A stretch of DNA of 64,000 nucleotides. It comes from an uncultured cyanobacterium. GTDB taxonomy: Bacteria; Cyanobacteriota; Cyanobacteriia; Cyanobacteriales; CAWUOF01. Below are positions 42,274 to 52,597 of the stretch, piece after piece; the first letter of the stretch is position 1; each line of letters opens with the position of its first letter. The notes under the pieces were generated by a model. That model ran no database searches, was not told the origin of the DNA, and saw nothing but the letters and a program-made list of their open reading frames with translations. The stretch spans positions 6,816,001-6,880,000 of the forward strand of contig CAVUSO010000001.1 of assembly GCA_963744145.1 (NCBI GenBank). The letters run 5' to 3'. The translations under genes were made by a program, and so were the position numbers.

Positions 42274-42310
42274 TTTTCTTGGCAATAAATTAAGTTTATT
42301 GCCAAGAAAA
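42274..42310. terminator. Perfect 16-bp hairpin downstream of the PKS, possible terminator
   Basis: ttttcttggcaataaa-ttaag-tttattgccaagaaaa. Confidence 0.6.
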
Positions 42311-42463
42311 ACAAGGGCCGTTTTCTTGAGGATAAAATTATGATACCTAGATGGGTATTAAAGATGGAAAATTTAACTCTAACTCTTCGTCTAAATCTCC
42401 GTCTATGAGGGAGCGAGGCGTAGCTAAAATAATCGTAAATTGCTAATAATAAATCGTAAAAAG

Positions 42464-43402
42464 ATGACAAAAAAGATGGAAAAAAAGGCCAATAAAGAAC
42501 GTCAAACCGCCCAAGATTATACTGAGAAATTAGGGGCAATTGTGGAATTAGATATGATATCTATTCCTGGTGGTAAATTTTGGATGGGGACTCCGAAGGA
42601 AGAAATTGAAAAACTTTGTAAGGAATATAAATTAGATTATTTTAGAACAGAAAGTCCTCAACACCAAGTTACTGTGCCGGCGTTCTTTATGGGTAAATAC
42701 CAAGTCACCCAGGCACAATGGAAAGTTATAGCAGAACAAACCGATCTTAAAGTACAAATTGATTTAGATCCTGACCCATCTCATTTTAAAGAACCTTACG
42801 AAGAATACGATAGATGGACTAGACCAGTAGAACAAGTTAATTGGTATGAAATGAAAGAATTTTGCGATCGTCTTTTCAAGCTAACAAAAAGAGAATATCG
42901 CTTACCCACAGAAGCAGAATGGGAGTATGCTTGTAGGGCAGTTATTAGCGATCAGCCAGTAGCAGAATGGAATCAGAACTATCATCAACCGTTTCATTTT
43001 GGTGAAACCATCACTACAGAATTAGCTAATTATCGTGGAACTGATGTGGAGTATGAAGGTAAAGTTATACCCGGTCATTATGGAAGCGGAATAAAAGGAG
43101 AATATAGAAAAAAAACCACTCCAGTTGGCTATTTTAAGAGAACCAATGCTTTTGGACTTTACGATATGCACGCTAACATTTGGGAATGGTGCGAAGATGA
43201 TTGGCACGATAATTATGAGGGGGCATCTGCAGATGGTAGTGCTTGGTTAACAGGTGAAAAAAATGTTACAAAAGTAATACGAGGCGGTTCGTGGTTCTAT
43301 AATCCGGCGTACTGCCGCTGTGCCTTTCGCTTCGACTACAACCCCGATTCCCGCTACTACACTCTTGGGTTTCGAGTTGTGAGCGTGGCTGCGAGGACTT
43401 AA
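42464..43402 (+). CDS. FGE-sulfatase/CLec-fold protein with a DGR-type variable C-terminus
   Basis: IPGGKFWMG, YQVTQAQW, RLPTEAEWEYACRA, NAFGLYDMHANIWEWCED, RGGSW...GFRVV. Confidence 0.9.
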   Translation: MTKKMEKKANKERQTAQDYTEKLGAIVELDMISIPGGKFWMGTPKEEIEKLCKEYKLDYFRTESPQHQVTVPAFFMGKYQVTQAQWKVIAEQTDLKVQIDLDPDPSHFKEPYEEYDRWTRPVEQVNWYEMKEFCDRLFKLTKREYRLPTEAEWEYACRAVISDQPVAEWNQNYHQPFHFGETITTELANYRGTDVEYEGKVIPGHYGSGIKGEYRKKTTPVGYFKRTNAFGLYDMHANIWEWCEDDWHDNYEGASADGSAWLTGEKNVTKVIRGGSWFYNPAYCRCAFRFDYNPDSRYYTLGFRVVSVAART

Positions 43403-43785
43403 TCTGAACTTCCCCCTGCAAATACACCTCTAATGACGAACCAGGACCGGCACAACTGGGTGCAAAGGTATATAAAAATAACTTAGTGAGAAATTAATGC
43501 TACTGTGAGAAATTTATTAAGTGCAACTTCATAGAAAAATGGTATAAGTATTGCTGAATATATTTTTCTGAGAATTCTGATTAAGATTTTACAATCAATT
43601 AAAAAAGTGAAGTTAGAAAGTATAGCTAATGCTCTCCCGTTACCGATTATTTTTTAAAGTAGAAGAAAAAAGTGCAGCGATTTCTATCATGCGCAAGAGC
43701 TATACGCCCGTACAATCTATCCTTACCAGCTCTATCTTTTAACTTCGTCAAACTGACTTTAATGAGACGTTCATCCCATCCCCCA

Positions 43786-45516
43786 TTATGTCTTGATTTG
43801 CTCGGCAGCATCCTGGGGTCGTCCCCAAATCACCCGCTCTTGTTTGTAGACTACCATCCCAGGTTTAGCACCTTTAGGTTTATAGACATATTTAGGTTGA
43901 GTATAAATAACCGGGACTTGATCACTTTGACGGGCACGACTATAAAAAGCACTCATATTTGCCGCAAATTGTAAATCCGCGTCATCAGCAACACTACCCG
44001 GTTCTAAACGTAATAATAGATGACTACCTGGTATTTCCTGAGTATGAAACCAAAGATCGTAATCCCCAGCTAGACGAAAGGTAAGTTGATCATTTTGACG
44101 ATTATTGCGACCAATTAACAATTCAAACCCACTGGGCGATCGCAGTCGATAAAAATCTGTCCCAGTTACATCACCTGGGCTCCGATAGTCTGGCTCCTCT
44201 AAATATTTTTGTCCAATTAACTCTTCGCGAATTTCCCCTAAAGCTTGCAAATCCGCAGGTTCTCGATACAACTCCAACTGAGCAATGGCAATTTCCACCT
44301 GTTCTAAATAATCAATTTCCCCTTGGACTTGAGCGAGTAAAGGTGCCACCGCAATCCGGGCCCGTTTCAGTTTTTGGTGACGACGATAGAGAGACTGGGC
44401 ATTTTGCACCGCATTCTTTTCCACATCCAAAGGAATCGTGACGGGTTGACCTGTTTCAAAATCAGCCAGAGCGATCGCACTCATCCCGGGTTTCCACACC
44501 TGGAGATGAGCCATTAACAAATCTCCATATTGACGATACTGATCAGCTTCATCCGACTGAGACAAACGTTCCTGAAAATTCCGAGCTTTCACATTTAATT
44601 TCGCCAAAACACTACTAATTTTTTGACTAAGTTGATGGCGTAATTGTTTAAATACTTGTTGATTCAGTTCATCTGTATAATAACGATTAAGTAATACTTG
44701 CACTGATGGAGCCGGATCAATTAGACCCCAATCCAGCATAGTATATCCAGTCGCAGTCAATCCTGGCTGAAATTTACCTTGCTCTAAAGCTTGTAACCAT
44801 TCTTGCCACCGTTGAAACAACTTTTCCCAATCGGTATAATTTAAACTAGCTGTAGATTGGGCTGGATCAAGACCAACTGATTGAATCATGGATTGGACAA
44901 TTGCCGAACTTAAACCACGATAAGTTTTTAACAATTGACTCAATAAAGTCCCCGGTACTAAACTAATCCGCTCTTGCCATCTAGCTTGAGATTCACTTAA
45001 AGTGGGAATCGGATTAGTCAATGCTGGAGGAACTTCATAGGGTTGACCAGTCAAAATTGGACGAACGCTAGACTGCTGGCTATTAACTTGATGGGCGACG
45101 CTAATAATAATATTTTCGTGATTAACCAGAATAACATTGCTATATTTACTCATAACTTCTACATACAAATGCCAAAGGGCTGGTTCTCCTGGACGTTTGG
45201 CAAATTGTAAGTCGAGCACTCTTTCCCAGGGAGCGATCGCGCTGATTGATACCAAAGCTAACTTGGATAATTGATGTCTTAATTGGTCGCTAAAAGTAAA
45301 TGTATCGGGCAGACGAGGAGGGGGATTACCAATACAAATACGAGCAGCTTGAGGGTGCCAAGAAATATCTAACCAACCGCGACGATCCATCGTGCGTAAC
45401 CCTAAAGCAATGGTGTAGCGATCGCGTTGATACACCTGTTCTAAACGAGATGGTAACCAACTAGCACGTAGTTCCCCACTACTAGCCATCATGGTAGTAA
45501 AATCAACAGGTTGCAT
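43786..45516 (-). CDS. rqcH: NFACT/RqcH (FbpA) ribosome quality-control protein
   Basis: YVEVMSKYSN, NAQSLY, GRNNRQND, WFHTQEIPGSH, KPKGAKPGMV. Confidence 0.9.
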   Translation of the reverse strand: MQPVDFTTMMASSGELRASWLPSRLEQVYQRDRYTIALGLRTMDRRGWLDISWHPQAARICIGNPPPRLPDTFTFSDQLRHQLSKLALVSISAIAPWERVLDLQFAKRPGEPALWHLYVEVMSKYSNVILVNHENIIISVAHQVNSQQSSVRPILTGQPYEVPPALTNPIPTLSESQARWQERISLVPGTLLSQLLKTYRGLSSAIVQSMIQSVGLDPAQSTASLNYTDWEKLFQRWQEWLQALEQGKFQPGLTATGYTMLDWGLIDPAPSVQVLLNRYYTDELNQQVFKQLRHQLSQKISSVLAKLNVKARNFQERLSQSDEADQYRQYGDLLMAHLQVWKPGMSAIALADFETGQPVTIPLDVEKNAVQNAQSLYRRHQKLKRARIAVAPLLAQVQGEIDYLEQVEIAIAQLELYREPADLQALGEIREELIGQKYLEEPDYRSPGDVTGTDFYRLRSPSGFELLIGRNNRQNDQLTFRLAGDYDLWFHTQEIPGSHLLLRLEPGSVADDADLQFAANMSAFYSRARQSDQVPVIYTQPKYVYKPKGAKPGMVVYKQERVIWGRPQDAAEQIKT

Positions 45517-45716
45517 TGCCGATCCGCCTCAACATTAATAACAGTTTCTTTCCATCCTGACAAATTCCCATCCCAAGTTAGCAAAATTTACCTCATCTCC
45601 CTCAAACCGTAAACCAGGATTTGGTTTTAATTTTAGCGTTCAGAATCCAAATTTTTGGCTCTAACAAAAAATTAAACCTTGATCCGCTTATTCTGGGGTA
45701 AAACCGTCAGTAGGTT

Positions 45717-45980
45717 ATGGATATAAATCTTATCAATATCGGCTTTGGTAATATTGTCTCTGCTAACCGAGTAATTGCCATTGTCAGTCCCGAGTCTGCT
45801 CCAATTAAACGGCTCATTTCCGACGCTAAAGATCGGGGACAACTGATTGATGCTACCTATGGTCGTCGGACTCGGGCAGTAATTATTACTGATTCTAGCC
45901 ACATTATTCTTTCCGCTATTCAACCAGAAACTGTTGCTCATCGCTTTATTCTGAATAAAGATGGTAGTACCGATACCTAA
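45717..45980 (+). CDS. remA: RemA/DUF370 family protein
   Basis: [28 protein letters not shown]...[14 protein letters not shown]. Confidence 0.9.
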   Translation: MDINLINIGFGNIVSANRVIAIVSPESAPIKRLISDAKDRGQLIDATYGRRTRAVIITDSSHIILSAIQPETVAHRFILNKDGSTDT

Positions 45981-46005
45981 TGTAGTAATTAAGGAAAATA
46001 AAACT

Positions 46006-47427
46006 ATGGCTGAACAAAAGACTTATCTGGAATTATCGGAAACTGATGGAGTTTCTCATAAATTTTATGAAGTAGTTGTGAATGATACCGAAGTAACTAT
46101 TCGTTATGGTCGGATTGGTGATCAAGGACAAACTAAAAAGACTAATTATGCTACTCCCGAAAAAGCTTTAGTGGAAGCTAATAAAAAAATTAAAGAAAAG
46201 ATGAAAAAAGGTTACGAACCAGCAATTATAGGAGTCCGTCAAAAACGGGTAATTACTCGTCGTCAAGTTAATAGTACAGCATCCACAGCAAAGCGATCGC
46301 CTGTTTTATGGAAATTTGCTTCCGGTGCTAGTGCTTTTGGGATTTTTATTGATCAAAATCATTGCTGGGTAGGTAATCAATCAGGTCAAATATTTTGTCT
46401 AGATCATGACGGACAAGTTCTCAATCAATTCAAACTAGCAGAAGGGGTGAAATGTATTGTCGCTGATGATGTGTGGCTCTATGTTGGTTGTGATGATGGC
46501 AATGTTTACAATCTGAATAGTAAAGTACCTCGTCTCGCTTATGAAATTGATGAAAATGTGGATATTTATTGGTTAGATATCTATGATGGAGTTGTCGCAG
46601 TTTCTGACGCTAATGGGGGATTAACAACCGTCAATCCTGATGATGAATCCCAGTGGAATCGGTTAAGTCAAGGAAGATCTGGTTGGATGGTACGCAGTGA
46701 TCAAAATGGGATTTATCACGGTCATAGTCTAGGGGTAACCATGTATGATCGAGAAGGTAAAGTTATTTGGTATCAAAATACTGATGGTGCAGTGCTATTT
46801 GGTTGGCAAGAATTATCTACTGTTTATGCGGCAACTAGCAATAAAAAAATTCATGCTTTTACTAAAAAAGGTGAAATAATTACTGTTTATCAATGCGATA
46901 GTATTGTCTATTCTTGTGCTACGGCTGAAAATGGCAAGTATGTTTTTGCTGGAGACAATAGTTCCTCAATTTATTGCTTCGAGCAGTCCGGAACCAGACT
47001 GTGGAAATTAGCAACTGGATGTGGTTCAGCTTTATCAATGCAATTTTTGCGCGATCGCATTTATATTGTTACCACCGATGGTTCTTTAGCTTGTATTGAC
47101 GCAAGTGAAACTGCAATTAAATCTGCTCAAGCAGGTACAGTTCCGGAACCAATTAACATTAAAGCTCCTCAAATAGACCCAAATATTCTTACTAATACCC
47201 CCTTAGAAACTACTACTAATTCCAGTCAAGGCATAATTTTAGAATGCTTCAAAGAAGGTAACAAATTAAGAATGCGAGTGATTTCCCCTGGATATAACCC
47301 TAATTGGAAAGTCCAGTTTCCTAAAGATATTCGCGAAGAAAGCGCTAGATATATAGTTGCAGAAATTCGTCAATCAACAAATGGTAATTTTTATCGTGTT
47401 TATGGAGATATTAAAAAATTGATCTAG
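46006..47427 (+). CDS. WGR-domain plus beta-propeller protein
   Basis: KFYEVVV...IRYGRIGDQGQ...KMKKGY followed by PQQ-like repeats. Confidence 0.85.
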   Translation: MAEQKTYLELSETDGVSHKFYEVVVNDTEVTIRYGRIGDQGQTKKTNYATPEKALVEANKKIKEKMKKGYEPAIIGVRQKRVITRRQVNSTASTAKRSPVLWKFASGASAFGIFIDQNHCWVGNQSGQIFCLDHDGQVLNQFKLAEGVKCIVADDVWLYVGCDDGNVYNLNSKVPRLAYEIDENVDIYWLDIYDGVVAVSDANGGLTTVNPDDESQWNRLSQGRSGWMVRSDQNGIYHGHSLGVTMYDREGKVIWYQNTDGAVLFGWQELSTVYAATSNKKIHAFTKKGEIITVYQCDSIVYSCATAENGKYVFAGDNSSSIYCFEQSGTRLWKLATGCGSALSMQFLRDRIYIVTTDGSLACIDASETAIKSAQAGTVPEPINIKAPQIDPNILTNTPLETTTNSSQGIILECFKEGNKLRMRVISPGYNPNWKVQFPKDIREESARYIVAEIRQSTNGNFYRVYGDIKKLI

Positions 47428-47498
47428 TGGTCAAACAATTGATCTGATAGAATGAAACAGCCCTACCAGATCAATGTATAGCCGTAAAGTCTCCCTAA

Positions 47499-48536
47499 TT
47501 AAATCAGTTTATGAGCTAATTCCTTCAATCGCTCACTTCCTCCTTGCACCAGATAATTTCTTTTCTCCCCCTCTATGTAATTTAGAGTTTTTTGATCGGC
47601 CTGAAATGCTAAAATGTTATGATCAGTAATCACGGGTTGATAACGGAGATAGTTATTCTTCAGTAAACTTTTAGCTACAGAGTCAATTGCATCAGAAGAA
47701 CCATCGGAAGATACGTCAAATAGTGGAATCCCTAGGGGCAAAATATTAGTCCACTTCAATCCCCCCCAACTTTTAGCATCCTCAGGGGTAATTCTATGGG
47801 CAGCTTGACCTGTTCCAAAAGAAACGAGTAAAATATCCCCCAACGGGGTTCCTTGATCAAGCTGTTGTGAGAGCGCACATAAGCTGGGATTATTAGCAAC
47901 AACTCCTCCATCAATTAAAGGAATACCTTCTTTAGGAATTTGTCTGGGCAAGTCTCCTTCAATTTTCTCAGCATCTTCATGAGCGTCCAAAAACTGTTGC
48001 TCCTTTAAAAGATAAGCAGGAAAAGCAACAGGTGCGGCAGAAGATGAGCGACATACTTGCCAGACAGGGACTTTAGCAGATTTTGCCTCTGTACTTTTGA
48101 AGATAACAGCCTTTCTGTTATAGGCGTCATAGCTTACAACTACTGTGGGTTTAGGCAAATTTCCAAACGGTAAGTCATGAAATTCGCTGATGAGAACTTC
48201 TTCCAATCCTTGAGGAGAAAAAAGAGGGCAGGAAATATGGCGTTCGCTCAGACGCTCTAGCACTTCTTGCTCCACAAAACGAATGCTCGTCATTGTGGGA
48301 AAAATCTTTTCCCCTTTAAGTTTATACAAGGTCTGAATTTCTTTAGCACTCATGCCTTTAGCAAGTCCGCAGGCTATGATACTGCCTGTTGAAGTCCCAG
48401 CAAAAAGATCAAAGGACTTAGCAAGAGTATGATTCGGGTTAAGTTTTTGGAGTTCTTTTTCTAATTCTTCCAATAATAAAGCGGTTAGATATCCTCGAAT
48501 TCCACCGCCATCACAGGACAAAATTTTGACAGTCAT
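47499..48536 (-). CDS. Patatin-like phospholipase
   Basis: DGGGIRG, GTSTG, SSAAP, DGGVVANNP, SFGTG. Confidence 0.92.
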   Translation of the reverse strand: MTVKILSCDGGGIRGYLTALLLEELEKELQKLNPNHTLAKSFDLFAGTSTGSIIACGLAKGMSAKEIQTLYKLKGEKIFPTMTSIRFVEQEVLERLSERHISCPLFSPQGLEEVLISEFHDLPFGNLPKPTVVVSYDAYNRKAVIFKSTEAKSAKVPVWQVCRSSSAAPVAFPAYLLKEQQFLDAHEDAEKIEGDLPRQIPKEGIPLIDGGVVANNPSLCALSQQLDQGTPLGDILLVSFGTGQAAHRITPEDAKSWGGLKWTNILPLGIPLFDVSSDGSSDAIDSVAKSLLKNNYLRYQPVITDHNILAFQADQKTLNYIEGEKRNYLVQGGSERLKELAHKLI

Positions 48537-48688
48537 GCTAGTATATTTCCCTGGTGGTATATAACAAAATTCGGAAGCCACCCCAGCCCTTCAGAAATGG
48601 GGGTTCCAAGGGCATGATACCTTTTCTTGGTTACCTGATACAATATCGAAGATATTTAAAATTCACATTTTGAACTATAATTAATCTA

Positions 48689-48729
48689 GCTCCCCTCTCC
48701 TATCAGGAGAGGGGTTGGGGGAGAGGTCA
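48689..48729. repeat. Cyanobacterial REP-like hairpin element
   Basis: cccctctcc-tatca-ggagagggg followed by ttgggggagagg. Confidence 0.75.
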
Positions 48730-48743
48730 AAAATTCAGATCAG

Positions 48744-50258
48744 CTACTTTAACCCCAGAACATTAAACACAACAAATAGACCAGCCGCAAAATTAGCCGC
48801 ACCTAACAAAACACACACTGGTAAAGTCAATACCCATGCTAGGAGCAGATTTCTCAGAGTATCCATTTGCAATCCTGAGCGGTTAGCAGCCATCGTTCCA
48901 GCGATACCTGAAGATAACACATGGGTAGTGCTAACAGGAAGACCTAAGTTGTCAGCCGCACCAATTGTGACCATTGCCACTAACTCAGCGGAAGCACCTT
49001 GTGCATAAGTAAGATGATCCTTACCAATTTTTTCCCCGACAGTTACCACAATTCTTTTCCACCCAATCATGGTGCCCAGACCAAGAGCAAACGCTACCGC
49101 GATTTTCACCCAGGGGGGAATAAATTCTGTTACCTGATCTAACTGATGTTTAAATTCAAGCAAAGCTTTTTTCTCATCAGGATTAGTAAACTGCTCTTTC
49201 TTATCCAGTTTGCCAATCGTTTTACTCAGCAAATAGATATCACTCCGCAAAGTACGACGTTCAGGAGTTGTGAAATCTTTGAAGCTTGTTTTTTTGGTGA
49301 GTTTATCTGTAACTGTATGGTTTTTTACAGCCAATAGAGCAAAGATATCTTCATCAATTTTACCTTTTTGTAAAAAGGTAGAAAGCTTTTGATCTATTTC
49401 TGTCTCGGGTAATGTGCCGACAATATTGTAACTTTTCGGTAGACTTCCTGGAGCAACTGTATGCTTATCCAACATTACAATAGCCGACTGAGATGCTGCC
49501 GACAATTGAGTGTAAGCTTCAATATTGGTGTCCATATCCAAAGCATAAATACCTGGAAGTAGACCGATCAGGATGAGCATGATTAATCCCATCCCTTTTT
49601 GTCCATCATTAGAACCGTGGGCAAAACTTACCCCAGTACAAGTTAACATTAACAGTAAGCGAATCCACCACGGGGGTGGTAGTTTTCCTTCTGGGGCTTG
49701 ATAAAGTTCTGGATTCTTAATCACTACCTTCATCAACATTAGTAGACCAGCAGCACAGGTAAATCCCACAATTGGGGAAACAATCAAAGAAGTAAAAACT
49801 TCTTGGACTTTAGCCCAGTTAATTCCCTCACCAAAAGCACCTCCTGTTACCAAGGAGTTAGCCAGACCCACACCCATAATTGCCCCAATTAGGGTATGGG
49901 AACTAGACGCAGGTAACCCAAGATACCAGGTACCTACGTTCCAGATAATTGCAGAAATCAGTAGTGCAAACACCATCGCAAAACCAGCACCGGAACCAGC
50001 ATTAACAACTAGCTCCACTGGTAATAAGGAAACGATACTAAATGCAACTGCTCCAGTTGACGAGAGTACACCCAATAAATTCCAGCACCCTGACCAGATT
50101 ACTGCATAGGTCGCTTTTAAAGTATTGGTATAAATAACAGTGGCAACGGCATTAGCTGTATCGTGAAACCCGTTGACAAATTCAAAGCTTAGAGCTAGAC
50201 CCAGTGCCAATATTAAAAATATGCCACTGACTAAGCTTAATTCGTTGAGAAAATCCAT
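48744..50258 (-). CDS. Inorganic phosphate transporter, PiT family
   Basis: NGFHDTANAVAT, LPASSSH, AHGSNDGQK, LPVSTTH. Confidence 0.95.
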   Translation of the reverse strand: MDFLNELSLVSGIFLILALGLALSFEFVNGFHDTANAVATVIYTNTLKATYAVIWSGCWNLLGVLSSTGAVAFSIVSLLPVELVVNAGSGAGFAMVFALLISAIIWNVGTWYLGLPASSSHTLIGAIMGVGLANSLVTGGAFGEGINWAKVQEVFTSLIVSPIVGFTCAAGLLMLMKVVIKNPELYQAPEGKLPPPWWIRLLLMLTCTGVSFAHGSNDGQKGMGLIMLILIGLLPGIYALDMDTNIEAYTQLSAASQSAIVMLDKHTVAPGSLPKSYNIVGTLPETEIDQKLSTFLQKGKIDEDIFALLAVKNHTVTDKLTKKTSFKDFTTPERRTLRSDIYLLSKTIGKLDKKEQFTNPDEKKALLEFKHQLDQVTEFIPPWVKIAVAFALGLGTMIGWKRIVVTVGEKIGKDHLTYAQGASAELVAMVTIGAADNLGLPVSTTHVLSSGIAGTMAANRSGLQMDTLRNLLLAWVLTLPVCVLLGAANFAAGLFVVFNVLGLK

Positions 50259-50456
50259 TTCCAGCTCCCCAAACAGTAAGTGTTCTCAGCAAAAATTCTG
50301 GCAAATTTAACTTCGTTATAGGTCGAGATTACTCTGAGAAGTTTATGACCTGGTTAAGATTGATTAGCAATATCTCTGATTTTTGGCAATAATTCCTAAA
50401 CTTTTCTTGATGGGATTTTGGAAAAAGGCTGATCCAAAATATATTTGACGATCGAT

Positions 50457-51569
50457 TTATTTGGCATTACCCGTATTTTTGAGAAAAACTAAACCACTAT
50501 ATAACTGAAACACCGGGTCCCAGTTGCTATCTTCTTCACGGAATAAACCAATCTGGGGATTAATATGTTGTAATAAATCTGAGTATTCTAAAGCCGTTTC
50601 TGCAAAAGGTGTAAAATCAGACCAAACCTTTACTTTCGGCATTTTTTGGTTGAGTAAATTAATTAAATGATTCCATTGAATTCGGTTGGTTGTTTGGGCG
50701 ATTTGAATTCCTTTTTCCTGAGCTACAGCCAAAGTTATTCCCTGTTGAAATTCATAGCTCAAATCACAGATTCGTAAAATACAATTTCTACCTGGTAAGT
50801 GTAAGTCCCAGACTTTAGCGTAGTCGTGAGTAGTTTCTTTCCATTGTACTTTTTCTCGACGACGCGGATCGTAGGTAACTACTTCAGCAAATATAGGTAA
50901 TAATCCTTCGACTCGACCAGATATTTCTGACCAATCAAAGGAGAGAGAACCTACTTGATTAGCTTCATTTTGGCAAATTACATTGGCTTTACCATCTAAT
51001 GCGGTAAAATAATTAACTCGAAAAACTTGTATTTTCTTTAGATCAGCCACAGAACCACAAAAAACTGGAATCCCCGCTTGACGCAATTCTTCTCCATAAA
51101 CTAACAATTCACCCACGACACCACAACGGTATAGTCTCCATCCTCGACTTTGTAACAATCTCCTGGCATTATAGGGATCTATTTTCATAATCCGCGCAAA
51201 TTGTTGAGCTGCGGTTTGTCTAATTTCATTACTAATTGATTCTAAAATTAATACTCCTGGACCAGTATTGTCAGGATCAGCTTTAGCTTGAGCGATCGCC
51301 TGTTGTCTAAGTTCTTGTTCACGAGTTTGGAGTCGTTGTAATCCTTGACGTGCTTGAGCTAACAGTTTTGGAATAGTAGTATTCCGCATTACTTGTCGAT
51401 ATAAATTTTCCGCAGTTTCTGCTTTTCCATTCAATTCTTGTAACCGTCCACTATAAAATTGCACCCAAGGATCTTGAGGTGATTTTTGCAGCAGTGGTTT
51501 CAAGAGCCGAGCTGCTTCTCGATAGTCTTTACGTTCAAAAGCTTCTGTAACTTGCTCAATCTCGTTCAT
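50457..51569 (-). CDS. TPR-containing protein
   Basis: N-terminal TPR-like helices (KDYREAARLL...PWVQFYSGRL). Confidence 0.75.
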   Translation of the reverse strand: MNEIEQVTEAFERKDYREAARLLKPLLQKSPQDPWVQFYSGRLQELNGKAETAENLYRQVMRNTTIPKLLAQARQGLQRLQTREQELRQQAIAQAKADPDNTGPGVLILESISNEIRQTAAQQFARIMKIDPYNARRLLQSRGWRLYRCGVVGELLVYGEELRQAGIPVFCGSVADLKKIQVFRVNYFTALDGKANVICQNEANQVGSLSFDWSEISGRVEGLLPIFAEVVTYDPRRREKVQWKETTHDYAKVWDLHLPGRNCILRICDLSYEFQQGITLAVAQEKGIQIAQTTNRIQWNHLINLLNQKMPKVKVWSDFTPFAETALEYSDLLQHINPQIGLFREEDSNWDPVFQLYSGLVFLKNTGNAK

Positions 51570-51593
51570 AATTAATCAAGGTGGCAATCATAG

Positions 51594-52355
51594 TTAGGTT
51601 AATTTAATTTGTCTCTGTTCTAAACTAGCCGATATTAAAGATAAAGCTACCACTGGAGCTGTGACAGCGCGAAGAATACGTGGACCTAAAGAAACTGGTT
51701 GAAAACCCCGAGCGATCGCACTTGCTACTTCTTGGTCTGTCCATCCTCCTTCTGGACCCGTCGCAATCACAATTGACGAGATTTGGCGATCGCTCCTAGC
51801 TAATTTCTGATCTAAATCATCTAATAAATGGCAGGTTTCGCCACGAGCTACACATATATATTGTGGATCTGAATTACTATTAATCTTCGGGCTGCTAGCT
51901 AAATAATTCAGCCATTCCTGCGGATCTAAAATAGTGGGCACAATTTGACGTTCTGATTGTTCGGTTGCTTCTTGAGCAATCCGTCGCCAACGTTGTAGTT
52001 TAGGTAAACTAGGATGGAGCAAAGTCCGAGTGCTAATAATCGGTACTAACTCAGTCACACCTAATTCTGTAGTTTGACGGATAATTTCATCAAACCCATT
52101 ACCTTTCGGCAGTGAGACCAGTAAGATTACAGGTAGTGGTAATTCAGTAGAATTATTTAGCTCTGCTAAAATCTGTCCTTGATTTTCCCACAGTAGGGCT
52201 AACCAAGACTTACCTAATCCATTAATCGCAATAAAGCGATCGCCTGAATTCAATCTTAATACCCGACTTAAATAATGATATTGTTCACTAGACAGGAAAA
52301 TTTCTGTAGCCCGAACTTGGTTGGGGGCGATCGTAACTCTTGGGAACCCAGACAT
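51594..52355 (-). CDS. rsmE: 16S rRNA m3U1498 methyltransferase
   Basis: HYLSRVLRL, TELGV, EATEQS, GPEGGW, SLGPRILRA. Confidence 0.95.
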   Translation of the reverse strand: MSGFPRVTIAPNQVRATEIFLSSEQYHYLSRVLRLNSGDRFIAINGLGKSWLALLWENQGQILAELNNSTELPLPVILLVSLPKGNGFDEIIRQTTELGVTELVPIISTRTLLHPSLPKLQRWRRIAQEATEQSERQIVPTILDPQEWLNYLASSPKINSNSDPQYICVARGETCHLLDDLDQKLARSDRQISSIVIATGPEGGWTDQEVASAIARGFQPVSLGPRILRAVTAPVVALSLISASLEQRQIKLT

Positions 52356-52597
52356 AATGAATTAACATTATGCACTCTCCGGTGATGAATCTCAATGATT
52401 CTACTTAAAGAGAGTGCAAAATAATTTTTTTTTAAATTGTTACCTTGGGCAACAATTCCACAGTGAAAAAAAACCTAATTGTTTGAACCGAATCCAGAAA
52501 AGTCATGTTGAGTCAAGCAAAGCATCTAAACTGATCTTTCCCTTTCCCAAACATGACCATAGACCTAGCTGGGCTAGGATCTAGACGGTAATCAGTT

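Noticed and set aside
42464..43500. Complete DGR cassette
   Set aside because: No reverse transcriptase, avd or AAC-rich template repeat found in the window
47499..48536. CBASS system
   Set aside because: Patatin only; no CD-NTase or Cap2/Cap3 in the neighbourhood
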